64,000 nucleotides of DNA from Octopus vulgaris (taxonomy: Eukaryota). Positions 1 to 13,880 of this stretch are shown here, piece by piece. A model generated the notes under the pieces. That model was not told where the DNA came from and ran no database searches. It saw only the letters and a program-made list of their open reading frames with translations. The translations under genes were made by a program, and so were the position numbers. Where the stretch lies: NCBI GenBank assembly GCA_951406725.2, contig OX597816.1:160580001-160644000 (forward strand), read 5' to 3'. Numbering within the stretch: the first letter of the stretch is position 1; each line of letters opens with the position of its first letter.

Positions 1-525
1 ATCTTGCATGGACTTCCGGCGTGAATCTGTATGTGTTCTTAGCCAAGAGAAGAAATACGATATTTTATTTGCACTACTGTAGCGAACTAAGTAACTGATA
101 CGGTCTTCTAAATGTATTAATTCGATGTATATTTATGCAATATAAATATGATACCTTATGCATATTTAAGAAATCATCAGGTCTTGTATCGACTTCCGGT
201 ATGTGTGTGTTCTAACCACAGGGATAAAAAGAAAGAAAGAAAGCGAGGGAAAAGAAGAAAAGAAAGATAGAAGAAAAAAGAATATTCATATATATGAGTT
301 ATTAATCTTGTAAGTAAATGATAGCTCATTTGTTGCGTGTGCATTCGCTATATTTATTACGTAATATGAATCTGCCACACACATTCATACACAAATACAT
401 ACACATCTCGACTAACAGACAAACATACGTATCTTGAGTAACAAATAAACATACTCATGCACAGACATACACACATACGCCCTTATAGATACATACACGG
501 AGATACACAGGTGTGTATATGTATA

Positions 526-609
<84 letters not shown>

Positions 610-610
<1 letters not shown>

Positions 611-716
611 GTAGCTTGCTTACCAACCACATGGTTCCGGATTCAGTCCCACTGCGTGTCTCGGCCAACAAAAGCCTTGTGAGTGGATTTGGTAGACAGA
701 AACCAAAAGGAGCTCG

Positions 717-785
<69 letters not shown>

Positions 786-1020
786 TATGTATGTATACGC
801 ATGTTTGTGTTTCTGTGTTTGTCCCCACTCACCAACATCGCTTGAAAACAGATGCTGGTGTGTTTACGTCCCCGTAACATAGTGGTTCGGCAAAAGACAC
901 CGATGGAATAAGTACTAGGCTTACAAAGAGTAAGTTCTGGGGTCGAGTTGCTCGACTAAATGCGGTGCTCCAGCATGGTGCTGCAGTCGAATGACTGAAA
1001 CAACTAAAAGAATAAAAGAA
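610..1020 (+). mobile_element. SINE type A (tRNA-derived head, internal microsatellite, 3' module ending in (ATAAAAGA)n)
   Basis: B-box-like GGATTCAGTCC. Matches the consensus seen at 19585 and 34465. 5'-truncated. Confidence 0.8.
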
Positions 1021-1183
1021 AACACACAAACACACACACATATATATACACACATACAAACATATATATACATATATACATATTTATATACATATATATA
1101 TACAAATATATACATACATATATATATATACATATATATATATACACATATATATATTCATATATATATGCATATATATATAT

Positions 1184-1265
<82 letters not shown>

Positions 1266-1279
1266 AAATATATGTGGGA

Positions 1280-1388
1280 GTGGCTGCTGAAAAGGTCCTG
1301 GCTTTAAGGGTGTTGCAAAAAGACTCGCTTTAGACTCAATCTTCCGAGTTCTTTTACGGTGTTTAGAAAACCGAAGGACCGCGGCAAT
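1280..1388. mobile_element. Truncated opposite-orientation copy of the 32546-32749 mariner MITE
   Basis: GCTGAAAAGGTCCTGGCTTTAAGG...GAGTTCTTTTAC...AGAAAACCGAAGGACC matches the reverse complement of the 32.6-32.7 kb element. Confidence 0.65.
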
Positions 1389-1688
1389 CGGCCCCAGGAC
1401 TTATTCCTTGTAAACCCAGTGCTCATTCTATCGGTTTCTTTTAGCGAACCGCTAAGTTACGGGGACATAAACACACTAACATGGGGGGTTGACACAGACG
1501 CACGTATGCGCACATACACACACACACACATATACACACACATACACACACATATACACACACATACACACACGTATATATAAATACACGGCGGGCCTCG
1601 TTCAGTTTCCATCTACCATATCCACTCACAATGATGTTTTGGTTGGCCCGAGGCTATAGTAGAAGACACATTCCCAAGGTGCCACGCA
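1385..1688 (-). mobile_element. SINE type A (partial)
   Basis: CCCCAGGACTTATTC...CCGCTAAGTTACGGGGAC...GAGGCTATAGTAGAAGACAC. Confidence 0.75.
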
Positions 1689-1703
1689 TATATATGTAAG
1701 TAT

Positions 1704-1968
1704 CTTTTACTTGCTAAGTCATTGAACTATGGCCATTCTGGGGCACAGCCCTGGGTTTAGTCGAACAAATCGACCCCAGTACTTGTTCTTTTTCGTTTTC
1801 TTTTTTTAGGCTTGGTACTTATTCTATCAGACACTTTTACCGAACCGCAAGGTTACAGGGACGTAAGCAAGCCAGCACCATCGTCAAGCGGTTTTTGGTA
1901 AAACAAAAATACTAACACATATATACGACGGCCTTTCACGCCGTTTTTGAGAAACAAATTCACTCACA
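1704..1968 (-). mobile_element. SINE type A (diverged)
   Basis: AGTCGAACAAATCGACCCCAG...GTACTTATTCTATC...GTCAAGCG. Confidence 0.6.
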
Positions 1969-2064
1969 AATATATATGATTGATTGATTCTAGTTTCAGC
2001 TCATGAGCTGTGGCCATGCTGGGGCACCGCCATTAATAAATATATATATATATTTATTTATTTA

Positions 2065-2122
<58 letters not shown>

Positions 2123-2303
2123 CAAAAGGATGTTATAACATCATCAGCTGCCCCACAGATATTATTATGGTTTCGACACTTGGCCAGTACCATTCAATCC
2201 GGCAGTGTTACCAGCACTAAAATAAGTGCTGGTTGGGAACAAAACCAAAGAAACCACAGCTTTCAAACTCATTTACCCTATGTACAACTGTATATATATA
2301 TAC

Positions 2304-2369
<66 letters not shown>

Positions 2370-2406
2370 ATATATGGATACATATATATTGGTATACGTA
2401 TATATA

Positions 2407-2581
2407 TAGGAGAGAATTCACAAAAGAACAAAAGACGAAGACAGGTGGTGTAGACAACAAACAGATGTATTAGTTTAACGCTCAGGAAGTGAAAAAGTCT
2501 TTAACGTTTCGAGCATATGCTCTTCCACAGAAAGGAATACAGAAAGAACCAAAGAGAGAAAATAAATAATGTGTAGTGGCT
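2407..2581 (-). mobile_element. Short microsatellite-inserted Penelope-like terminal repeat with hammerhead-like motif (copy 1)
   Basis: Near-identical to 62018-62168 and related to 35766-35958. Flanked by (TA)n. Confidence 0.6.
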
Positions 2582-2695
2582 ATATATATATATATAAGTT
2601 CAGCAAAAATTTAGATTCAGATGAATATGGTACTTAAGTTAGAGACACCAGAATTTAGTATGGTATTATCCATATAAATCAAATGGGGTGATTAT

Positions 2696-2770
2696 AATCA
2701 AAATAAGCAACAAGGATATCCAAAGGTAGTGTAGCACTACCTTTGGATATCCTTGTTGCTTATTTTGATT
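2696..2770. repeat. Perfect 36-bp hairpin with 3-nt loop
   Basis: 2696-2731 is the exact reverse complement of 2735-2770. Confidence 0.95.
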
Positions 2771-2771
2771 T

Positions 2772-2829
<58 letters not shown>

Positions 2830-3064
2830 TGTATGTATGTACGTCTAGTTGTGTGTGTATCTTTGTATGTGTGTTTGACTTATAAGAAAAAACCCATAAG
2901 TACTGGTAATAATTTGTACAAAACCTTTTATGAACGCCTAAAGTTTATATGGCCCCCGTTTGAGAATCATTGGGCTAGACAGTTTTCCAGTATGGCAGCA
3001 AACCAATGACTGTCACAGATAAAAGAATAAAACTATTGAAAATATTTGCACGAGAACAAATAAT

Positions 3065-3270
3065 AGTTAACTGTATGTGCGAGAAAAATTTCGTCAGAAT
3101 GTCTTGCAAGAATGTGCCGATAATTTTCATGACTTCAAGAATCCAGATAGCGAAGTTATTGATGAAGTAGATATCGGAAGACCGGGAGAGACCTTGGCTT
3201 CGAGGTTGCTGACCTGGAAGTTCTTGAATTATTGGATTTCAAAATGGAAACGATTTATGTGACGATGCAA
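3065..3270 (+). pseudogene. Possible Tigger/pogo transposase C-terminal relic
   Basis: Frameshifted NFHDFKNPDSEVIDEVDIGR...GFEVADLEVLELLD resembles the Tigger C-terminal region. Weak match. Confidence 0.3.
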
Positions 3271-3282
3271 AGAGGCATGAAG

Positions 3283-3368
3283 AAGGAGGAGGAGAAGAAG
3301 AAGAAGAAGAAGAAGAAGAAGAAGAAGAAGAAGAAGAAGAAGAAGAAGAAGAAGAAGAAGAAGAAGAA
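3283..3368. repeat. (GAA)n tract
   Basis: Directly visible. Confidence 0.95.
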
Positions 3369-3677
3369 AATGAAGAGGAGGAAGAGAGAGAAAGAAGGAA
3401 AGAAAATAGTATGAAGAAATAGAAGAGATATCAAAGGTGAAGAACGTAGAAAGAACTTGATATTTTGAGGTGTGTAGCGGGTCGGTCAATGAATGATTAA
3501 TGGATATGGATCTAAATGTCGACAGAGAGAGAGAGAGGGGGGGAGAGAGAGAGAGAGAAAGAAAGAAAGGGGTTGAGAAGGGGGTATTCAAACGAACGTT
3601 CACACATCTCTCTATCTATCTGACTTCGGTCTTCTGTTGTATTTCTGTACTAACAGGATGATACGAATGTGTGCGTT

Positions 3678-3708
<31 letters not shown>

Positions 3709-4025
3709 GAAAGAACCATAACTGGATCTTGAGCTTTCTTTTGGGGAAAAAACGAGTGATTTGCAGTAATCATAAATTGATTTATAATTTATAATTTCTA
3801 GGATGAATTACTAGTTCCCTAATTGGTTATGAAATTTGATTAACGCTGTTTTAATAACGACTGAAACAACAGATGGCTAATTAATCATCTTCAGCGATTC
3901 TATAAGTTTAATACTATAGGTTTTATAGTATAATTTTTAATGAGATAGTATTAATACCTAAATTTGATAGTATCGGTGTATTAATGTTATAGACAATAAA
4001 TTTTAATGCTATAGATATTAAGATT

Positions 4026-4303
4026 AGTACTAATTCTATCGGTTCCTTTTGCCGGGGACGTAAACGCACCAACAGCGGTTGTCAAGCGGTAGTGAGGGAC
4101 AAACACAGACACATAGACTCATATTCGCACACACATACATATATAGACATATATACGACAGACTTCTTTTTTAGTTTCCGTCTACCAAATCCATCCACAA
4201 GGCTTTATCGGCCCGAAGCTGTAGTAGAAGACACTTGCTCAAGGTACCACGCTGTGGAACTGAAATCGAAACCACGAGATTGTAAAGCGAGCTTCTTAAC
4301 CAC
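4026..4303 (-). mobile_element. SINE type A (partial)
   Basis: GGGGACGTAAAC...GTTTCCGTCTACCAAATCC...GTAGAAGACACTTGC. Confidence 0.7.
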
Positions 4304-4385
4304 ACACACACACACACACGCGCGTACTTGCGCCTATATACTATACAATTTAATATCATAGGTATTAATACTATAACTTTAGTAC

Positions 4386-4500
4386 AGGCACTCCGTAGGT
4401 CACGACGGCGAGGGTTTCAGTTGATCCGATCAACGGAACAGCCTGCGCATGAAATTAACGTGCAAGTAACTCTACACTCCACAGACAGACACGCAGACCC
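4386..4500 (-). mobile_element. SINE tail X fragment
   Basis: GGCACTCCG...GATCAACGGAACAGCCTGC..GAAATTAACGTGCAAG. Confidence 0.65.
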
Positions 4501-4769
4501 GCATTTGGTTTATCTTTATGTTCTGAACTCAAATTCTGCCGAGGTTGAGTTTGTCATCCTTTACGGGTCGAAAAAACTAGTACCAGTTGTGTAACCGGGT
4601 CGATGTAATCGACACATCCCCACCTCAAAACTGCTGGCCTTGTACCAAAATTTGAAACCAATATCATACGTCTCAATAGATTTGTCACGGTATGTTTACT
4701 TCTGTTCTAAAAATCTAATTCGCACCACTTCACTTAAATTCAAAGCCGTAGTTATTTCTCTCCATTATC

Positions 4770-5272
4770 TGACAGAAACGTTAGCACACCGAGTGAAATG
4801 CTTAGCGGTATTTCGTCTGCCGCCACGTTCTGAGTTCAAATTCCGCCGAGGTCGATATAATCGATATAATCGATATAATCGACTTAATCCGTTTGTCTGT
4901 CCTTGTTTATCCCCTCTATGTTTAGCCCCTTGTGGGTAGTAAAGAAATAGGTATTTCTTCTGTCGCTACATTCTGAGTTCAAATTCCGCCGAGGTCGACT
5001 TTGCCTTTTATCCTTTCGGGGTCGATTAAATAAGTACCAGTTACGCACTGATGTCGATATAATCGACTTAATCCGTTTGTCTGTCCTTGTTTATTCCCTC
5101 TATGTTTAGCCCCTTGTGGGTAGTAAAGAAATAGGTATTTCTTCTGTCGCTACATTCTGAGTTCAAATTCCGCCGAGGTCGACTTTGCCTTTCATCCTTT
5201 CGGGGTCGATAAATTAAGTACCAGTTATGCACTGGGGTCGATCTAATCGACTGGTGCCCTCTCCCAAAATAT
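4770..5272 (+). mobile_element. SINE type B trimer (tRNA-like head, GTCGACTTTGCCTTTCATCCTTTCGGGGTCGAT core)
   Basis: Three head-to-tail units. B-box-like GAGTTCAAATTCC in each. Confidence 0.8.
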
Positions 5273-5689
5273 TTCTCTTCGTTATTTTCGTTCCTGTCTT
5301 TTACAATACTTGAGCATCACAATTCGTGTAATTCCTTTATCTCTCTTCTCCCACCGCCCTGTCTCTCATATAAATACGAAACCTTATGCTTCTGTTATTC
5401 TTTACATAGTTCTTATTCTTCCTTGTTATATTTTACTGTGTTGGTAAAATCATAAACGTTATGTATTTCACCTTCTTCCTGCTGAATCTACAAAACTTCT
5501 GTAAGGATAAATATTTATCTACCCCAGTCACTCGTACAATAAAAGCAAGAATTGGTTTATCAGGAACAACAAATCTTTAGGGCGGTCCTTATCGTTCCGC
5601 TGACTACATGCGTGCCTTGAGCTGTTTTGATTATAGGTGACCTGGGTGGAGGCAACAATAACAACAACAACAGTAACAAAAATAGGTGA

Positions 5690-6235
<546 letters not shown>

Positions 6236-6276
6236 ATGACTTTTTACTTGCAGTGACATTGTAATACTAATACTTT

Positions 6277-6815
6277 AATACTCTAGGCAAAAGGACCGAA
6301 ATTTTTGGAGAGGGGGCCAGTCGATTAGATCGACCCCAGCACGCAACTGGTACTTAATTTATCGACCCTAAAACGATGAAAGGCAAAGTCGACCTCGGTG
6401 GAATTTGAACTCAGAACGTAAAGACAGACGAAATACCTATTTCTTTACTACCTACAAGGGGCTAAACACAGAGAGGAAAAACAGGGACAGACAAACGGAT
6501 TAAGTCGATTACATCAACCCCAGTGCGTAACTGGTACTTAATTTATCGGCCCCGAAAGGATGAAAGGCAAAGTCGACCTCGGTGGAATTTGAACTCAGAA
6601 CGTAGCGACAGACGAAATACCTATTTCTTTACCACCCACAAGGGGCTAAACACAGAGAAGACAAACAAGGGCAGAAAAACGGATTAAGTCAATTATATTG
6701 AACCCAGTGCGTAACTGGCACTTAATTTATCGACCCCAAAACGATGAAAGGCAAAGTTGACCTCGGCGGAATTCGAACTCAGAACGTAAAGACAGACGAA
6801 ATACCGCTAAGCATT
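6277..6815 (-). mobile_element. SINE type B trimer
   Basis: Three tandem units of about 180 bp, each with GGCAAAGT(C/T)GACCTCGG(C/T)GGAATT(T/C)GAACTCAGAACG. Confidence 0.85.
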
Positions 6816-7203
6816 TGTCCGTCCTTGCTCGTCCCTTCTATGTTTAGCTCCCGACCCTGTGGGCAATAAAGGAATGAATATAACACTAAATGTTTTTTGG
6901 TGTGTTATGAATGAAAACCTAATTGTTTGGTAGTGTTGTAACACTTATAGTAAAGTCTGTGGTAGTAATGCAATCATAACAGTAAATTAATAGAAAATGA
7001 TTCGTTGTCATTTAATTGTCCTATATTCTAATGACCAGCGGCCGTCTTCATACTAAGTCAGCAGCTTCAAGTGTGAAGAAAACTTAACAGACAACGCACT
7101 TTCACAAGTCACTTCTATTGCAATTTCCTTCTTTTTATGAATGGCATTAATGTCACTGAAAACAACGTGGAGGTCTATTTCCGTTTCTTCAACTAAACAT
7201 GTA

Positions 7204-7256
<53 letters not shown>

Positions 7257-7483
7257 AAGTAAGTAAGTAAGTATGTGTATATGTGTAAATAGGTATGTAT
7301 GTATGTTTGTTGAACGTATGTGTATGCGAATGTGTTTATGTGTGTGAAAGTATGGATGTGTGTATGTATGAACATTTGCTTCTATACAGCTATATATACA
7401 TACATACGCATAAAAGTAGAGATAAGCATATGTATATAAACAAATATACAAACATAGAAGCTCTCAGACTCATGCACACAAGC

Positions 7484-7522
<39 letters not shown>

Positions 7523-7547
7523 CCTCTAACGCACAAAGAAATATATT

Positions 7548-7610
<63 letters not shown>

Positions 7611-7643
7611 CTGTGTGAGTTAGACGTTGAGAAACCAACTATC

Positions 7644-7686
<43 letters not shown>

Positions 7687-8215
7687 CTGTGTGTGTTAGA
7701 GGTTGTGAAACCAACTATCCAATATACTGTTGGTAGTGCACCCAATTTTTCATACCCAAGTGCTAGTTATTTCATGGCAATTTTGCAGTTGTGTGTTATA
7801 TATGGGCGGGGGTAAAAGGTGGTTTACCCTTGATTTATACCTCAAATAAGAAAGTGGAAAGGATATGAAATCGACAGACATCAGCCGGTAAATATTCCAG
7901 TATGTCTATTTATTCCAATGTATTAGAAAGTTTTTAATGAATACATACACATTTATTAGTAGTACAGCATATCAAATACAAAGAGTTGGTAATTGCAAAA
8001 ACAAGGGTGCGGAAGCATATAATCATATAGGAACAGGTGGTTAATTGAGTAAATGAGGAGTAGATGAAACAGGGACAACTGAAGAAGGGGAATATTCTTT
8101 ATGTTGTATGTCTCGTGGATCTTTTCTTTTTGATGGACGGAATTTTCTAGTTAACTAAAAAATTTGAAACTTCGTATACTGGTAGAATGTGTCAAAAGAA
8201 AACATTATTGTAAAC

Positions 8216-9133
8216 AAAATTGAAAACAAAATTGTAATTCGTAACTTTAACGTAGTTTAATTCTTCGAATTTTAATCAATGAAATCCCAGCATCTTCGAA
8301 TTTTAACCAATGAAATCCGAGCATTTGAGCTCAAACCATTTGCTGCGTTATCGATATTGATAAAGAAACATAGCAGACGCATGCCGCATACACACACACA
8401 CACACACGTATTCAGATACATACACACGTACACTTGCACACACACACACACTCTCTCTCTCTCTGTCACTCTCTCTCTCTCAAACACATGCATATACATT
8501 TGCACAAGCACATTGTAATTAATATATAAGCGTACACACACATACAAACGGAGATATACATACACACACATACTCACACAAGCATACATACACGTTCGAG
8601 AGTTGCCCCTTGCCGCAACAAATTTACACAAAAGGTAAATAAACCAGAAGGGGGGGGGTCAATGTTTCATCGTTTCGGGGTCGATAAATTAAGTACCAAT
8701 TACGCACTGGTGTCGAGGATTTTTTCCCCAATTTATATCACAGCCTCCGACAAACTGGAGCATCCTTTTATGAAAAAATATTTCGCAATTTTTTAGACCG
8801 CTTTAGGCATATTATTGTTTTGTTTTTGTTGTTTCTGGCCCTTTAAAACCATGGGAGAAGCCTTTTCGGTAAAAAAAAAATTAAGAAAATATTCAAAATA
8901 TATCGTTAATATTTTTATTGGGCGACGAAATTCTTCGATTTAAGAGATATAGCTGTTATTTCTAGCACATGTAGAAGACAGAAGACAGAAGAGAGAAAGG
9001 ATGAATAAGACGTGTGCGTGTGAGTTTTTAGACGCAGCAAATGGTTTGAGCTCGAATGCTAGGATTTCATTGGTTAAAATTCGTAGAATTAAACTACGTT
9101 AAAGTTACGAATTACAATTTTGTTTTCAATTTT
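8216..9133. repeat. Pair of about 100-bp inverted repeats (8216-8348 / 9032-9133), probable internal arms of a MITE
   Basis: AAAATTGAAAACAAAATTGTAATTCGTAAC...CCATTTGCTGCGT and its reverse complement. The left arm has a tandem duplication of about 31 bp. Confidence 0.8.
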
Positions 9134-9311
9134 TTTAATGTCCTGTACCCAAATATGCATGTATATATACATATATATGTAGGTATGTACATATATGTAT
9201 GTATATATGCATATATTTATTCTATATATTATTTATATTATTATATGATCGAACGCCACACATCCATTTCCAAGTAAGTTTTATCTTATATATATATATA
9301 TATATATATAT

Positions 9312-9515
9312 GTTTGTTGTCTGTGCTTGTCCCCACCATCATCGCTTGACAACCGAAGTTGGTCTGTTTATGTCCCGTAAATTAACGGTTCGGCAAAAGA
9401 AACCGATAGAAGAAATACTAGGCTTACAAAAAATAAGTCCTCGGGTTGATTTGTTCAACTAAAAAGGCGGTGCTCCAGCATGGGCACAGTCAAATGGCTG
9501 AAACAAATAATAGAA
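9312..9515 (+). mobile_element. SINE type A, 3' module only
   Basis: CATCGCTTGACAACCGA...GGCGGTGCTCCAGCATGG...GAAACAAATAA. Confidence 0.7.
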
Positions 9516-9531
9516 CATATATATATATAGT

Positions 9532-9800
9532 GGAGTCGCAGTGGTTAGGGCAGCGTCTTCGCGGTCAGAGGATCGCGGTTTCGATTCCCAGACCGGGCGT
9601 TGTGTATGTTTATTGAGCGAAAACACCTAAAAGCTTCACGAGGCTCCTACAGGGGGTGGTGGTGACCCCTGTTGCACTCTTTCGCCCCAACTTTCTCTCA
9701 CTCTTTCTTCCTGTTTCTTGGGTAACGCTGCGATGGACTGGCGCCCTGTCCAGCTGGGGGGAGCACATACGCCACAGAAACCGGGAAACCAGGGCCCATG
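9532..9800 (+). mobile_element. SINE head C + tail V
   Basis: Head C to about 9718, then GGGTAACGCTGCGATGGACTGGCGCCCTGTCCAG...AGAAACCGGG. Confidence 0.8.
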
Positions 9801-9890
9801 GGAATTGGGAACTAGAGCTATATATTTCTGTTATCCGATATTACATATATTTGTTGATAAGACAAATAGCATGTATGTTTGTATGCATGC

Positions 9891-9945
<55 letters not shown>

Positions 9946-10035
9946 TACATACAAACATGCATACATGCTATTCGTCTTATCAACAAATATATGTAATATC
10001 GGATAACAGAAATATATAGCTCTGTTCCCAATTCC
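9801..10035. repeat. Near-perfect inverted repeat centred on (TA)n
   Basis: GGAATTGGGAACTAGAGC...ATAGCATGTATG against its reverse complement ending TTCCCAATTCC. Two differences over about 75 bp. Confidence 0.9.
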
Positions 10036-10394
10036 AGTATAAGAGATAAAAACGCGTGTAAAAGTAATACAAACAAAACATAAATAATTGAATAGATGTT
10101 CATACACGCATACATGCGTGCGTATGCGTGTGTGCGCGCGCACATACACACACAAGACCACCCCATACATATCCACCCCTACCCACTGAAACCCACACAC
10201 ATATGCGAGATACCATGCAGAGGTAATTACCCTCAGTCATATAACATGTGTGTTTGCGTGTTTTAGTGTGTGTGTGTGTGACTAGATATATGTATATATT
10301 ATATATATATATATATGTGTGTGTGTGTGAGTGTGTGAACACATACATAAATATAGGTATCTAAATCTAAATATATGTATATAAACATTTGTAA

Positions 10395-10472
<78 letters not shown>

Positions 10473-10513
10473 ATATATATGTGTATACATATACATAAAT
10501 ATGTATGTATATA

Positions 10514-10561
<48 letters not shown>

Positions 10562-11129
10562 AATGCATACATACATACATATAAATATATACATATGTAA
10601 TTATATATACGCATATATATATGCATATGGATATTTATGGATATGTATATATATATATATATATATACGTTCATATTAATACATATACTTGTACATATAA
10701 ACATGCGTACATATATATATATATGTATGTATGTATTTACATACAGATAGACATACATACATGTATACACACACACATACATATACGTTTGTATACGCAC
10801 ACACCTCACACACACAATGAAACATAAGAACGTGTGTATGAAGTCAGGATTCTGAACAACAATCCTCATTGTATTAAAAATATGATTCCAGGACCGATGG
10901 CGTTGTCATGAATTCTTCTTGCCTTACTTGTAATATCCTACCCATTCTGTCCCATGGGAATAGTTGATTGAAGGAAAGACTGTTTCTTATGATTGTTTAT
11001 AGTAATTAGAAACAATTTGTTTTGTAGGTCTAAATAACACATTTAATCTCATCTATGTTTATTTCTGTTGACTACGCAATTAGAATACTGAATTGAAATG
11101 AAATAGGAGATTTTTCTAAATTTAAAATT

Positions 11130-12260
11130 ACACCAGGCAAAGCCTTTAGATCAGTTTTAAGTAACGGTTTAAAGGCAAAGAGAGTGACATTACTGCCCCT
11201 AACCACGCATACGCGCACCGCCTTAGAAACGGTATAAATATTAGAATATTAAAATGAAAGAAACCGTTAACATAAGACAAAATACTGAATTTAATGAGAT
11301 TAAGGTCATGCAAGAAAACAAATCAAAAAACGTTTGTTTCATAATTCAACAGTTCTAAGTGGGTGGTGGAGGCTTTGTTATGGAACATGCAACATGTCCG
11401 TGAAATGTTAGGGCCATATGGATGCAATTTACTAAATTTGGCAAACTGAATTCTGATGAGAAATTTCCAGAATGGTGGGACCAGGGAATGAAGCTCATTA
11501 AACACAGAAGTAAAGGGCCAAACCGCGCAGGATTCTGTCAACTACGTATTTGAGTCTATATTCTTGGAAGAGTGACCAGTATAGGTTCGGAGGAAGCCGT
11601 CTAAATAAGTAAGCAGTTCTCCATTTTGGGACGGCTCTGGCTGTAAAAGAGATACAATAGAACTACTTTGTTAAGAACTATTTTGAATTGTAATACGAGC
11701 CATCTATTTGAGTTGTCACTCTGTCGACAGGAGGGCCATCTCAAATCTGATACGAATGCAAGACTAAAAAGTCTATCCAAATAACGAAACACCTTCAAAG
11801 CTATCCCGTCTGTCAAAATAAAGGAAGGTCAGAAATTTCTTAATGGTGGTGGAAATATAATTGTTACATATTATTTTTGGAAGAATTAAATGCAGTAAAC
11901 TATTTGTTTTTATATGGCACGATCTCATTTCTCTGGAAAGATATTCTGCTATATCCAAGTGTGAGAATAGAGTTAATAAAGAAACTCATTATTTTGTCAG
12001 ATAAATTATTGAGAAACAGCAAAGAGAGTATAGGTCCCAGAACTGATCCCTGGGGCATACCTGCAATGATTTCATAGATGTCATACAAATGACCCTTAAT
12101 GATGTAATGATGGAAAAGAGTCAACCATGTATGGCATAACAAATCGGTTTATCAAACAAGCCTCTGTACTATAGCTTGTTAAATGCTTTGGAGACATTTT
12201 AAATAATAACAAGAGCATTGCTGGAAGAGGAATTGAACTGGTTCAAAGATTTAACTCACC
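11130..12260 (-). pseudogene. Degenerate LINE (CR1/L2/Jockey-group) ORF2 reverse-transcriptase fragment
   Basis: VSKAF near 12190, AGMPQGSVLGPILSLLFLNNL, YSQSRPKMENC, ELHSLVPP and HPY motifs occur in the correct order, with stops and frameshifts. Confidence 0.8.
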
Positions 12261-12427
12261 GAGAAGTTACCAAATAATACGCATAATAATATGCATGTAC
12301 GTGGATAGCTGCGTGTCAGTGTTTATGTGTATTCGTGTGCACACGCTTTTGTATCTGTTTCTGTGTATTTTTGTTTGTGAGATGCTTGTGTAGTCTATGG
12401 AAACATTTATATATAGGTAGGTAGGTG

Positions 12428-12565
<138 letters not shown>

Positions 12566-12689
12566 AATTGTATAAGTGTGTATGCATGTGTGCGTGTGTG
12601 AATGTATGCATACGTGTATGTGCGTGGGTATCAAAATCAAATGGATCAACAATAATTTCCCATCACTTCAAACAGGTCTTATCATACCT

Positions 12690-12915
12690 AGAGCTAAAAA
12701 AAAAATCAATGCTATGATGTATCACCTCTCATCATTCATCATTTCAGTGAGAACTCACCGTATACTTGAAACATTCATTGCACTAAGGAACTGTCTCTTA
12801 CTAAATTTAAACACCAGTATTGATATTTTCAAAAGCACATCCGCTTCCGGCAGTAGCTCTCTACGGTTGTTATATTGTTTGATGACAGTTACATTAGAGA
12901 GATTTCCCTTTGACT
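12690..12915 (-). pseudogene. Possible hAT transposase C-terminal dimerisation-domain relic
   Basis: LLPEADVLLKISIL...RQFLSAMN...MNDER*YIIALI resembles the ERSFS..M..ERL..LAL pattern. Confidence 0.35.
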
Positions 12916-13231
12916 TCTGCACGTAAATACGAAACGCGAAATATTTTTCGATTTAGAATAACAGAAAACTGTTTTGCAGTACACACACACACGTACGTAC
13001 GTACGTACGTATGTATGTATGTATGTATGTATGTATGTATGTATGTATGTATGTATGTATGTATGTATGTATGTATGTATGTATGTACTCATATACACAT
13101 ATATGTATGCATGTGTAATGTTTGTATGTGTGTATGTGTATATATATGTATGTATATCTAATATATTTTATCGTGTTATAATATTTTTTTTATCTATGTA
13201 TTATATAATATATATATATATGTTATTATAT

Positions 13232-13293
<62 letters not shown>

Positions 13294-13427
13294 GTTATAT
13301 ATATATGTATATATATATATTATATATATATATGATATATATTATATATACATAATACATAATATATAATATATATGTAATATATATAACATATATATTA
13401 CGTGGAGTATGTATGTTTGTTTGTTCG

Positions 13428-13483
<56 letters not shown>

Positions 13484-13499
13484 TGTGTACAGTCCAGTT

Positions 13500-13880
13500 G
13501 TTCGCTGACGGGATCTTAACCACTCAAAAGGATTGGCATACCAAAGCAATAATTACACCACTTGGTATAATCAAAAGGAACTTCACAGTTTTCACCGCTA
13601 AATGATTTTAAGAAGCGTTGCAGTAATCACCCGTACTTCTTTAGATCTAGGAACAGGGAAATCTCAATTTCCTTTCCTGGTTTATCTAGAAACTCCAAGA
13701 TGAAGAAAACTAATCTCTTTTCTAGGAATATTATTGCTAGTGCTACTCCATGTTACAAATGGTCACATAAACAGACATTATCTTTCCAGAAGTTTCGGAT
13801 AATGAAACAGGCTGCGATATCCATTAATAGAAAATCTGATATTCCTCATGGAAAATTTTAAATCGGATGTATATTCCGAG
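13500..13880 (+). pseudogene. Penelope-like element GIY-YIG endonuclease relic
   Basis: LGIIKRNF...FKKRCSNHPYFF...NIIASATPCY follows the YIG..FK.R..NH..SF...W.II..A.PY pattern of PLE endonucleases. Confidence 0.5.

Noticed and set aside
2-225. Duplicated TCTTG.AT.GACTTCCGG motif (ETS-like sites)
   Set aside because: A short degenerate duplication at the window edge, with nothing to support regulatory function.
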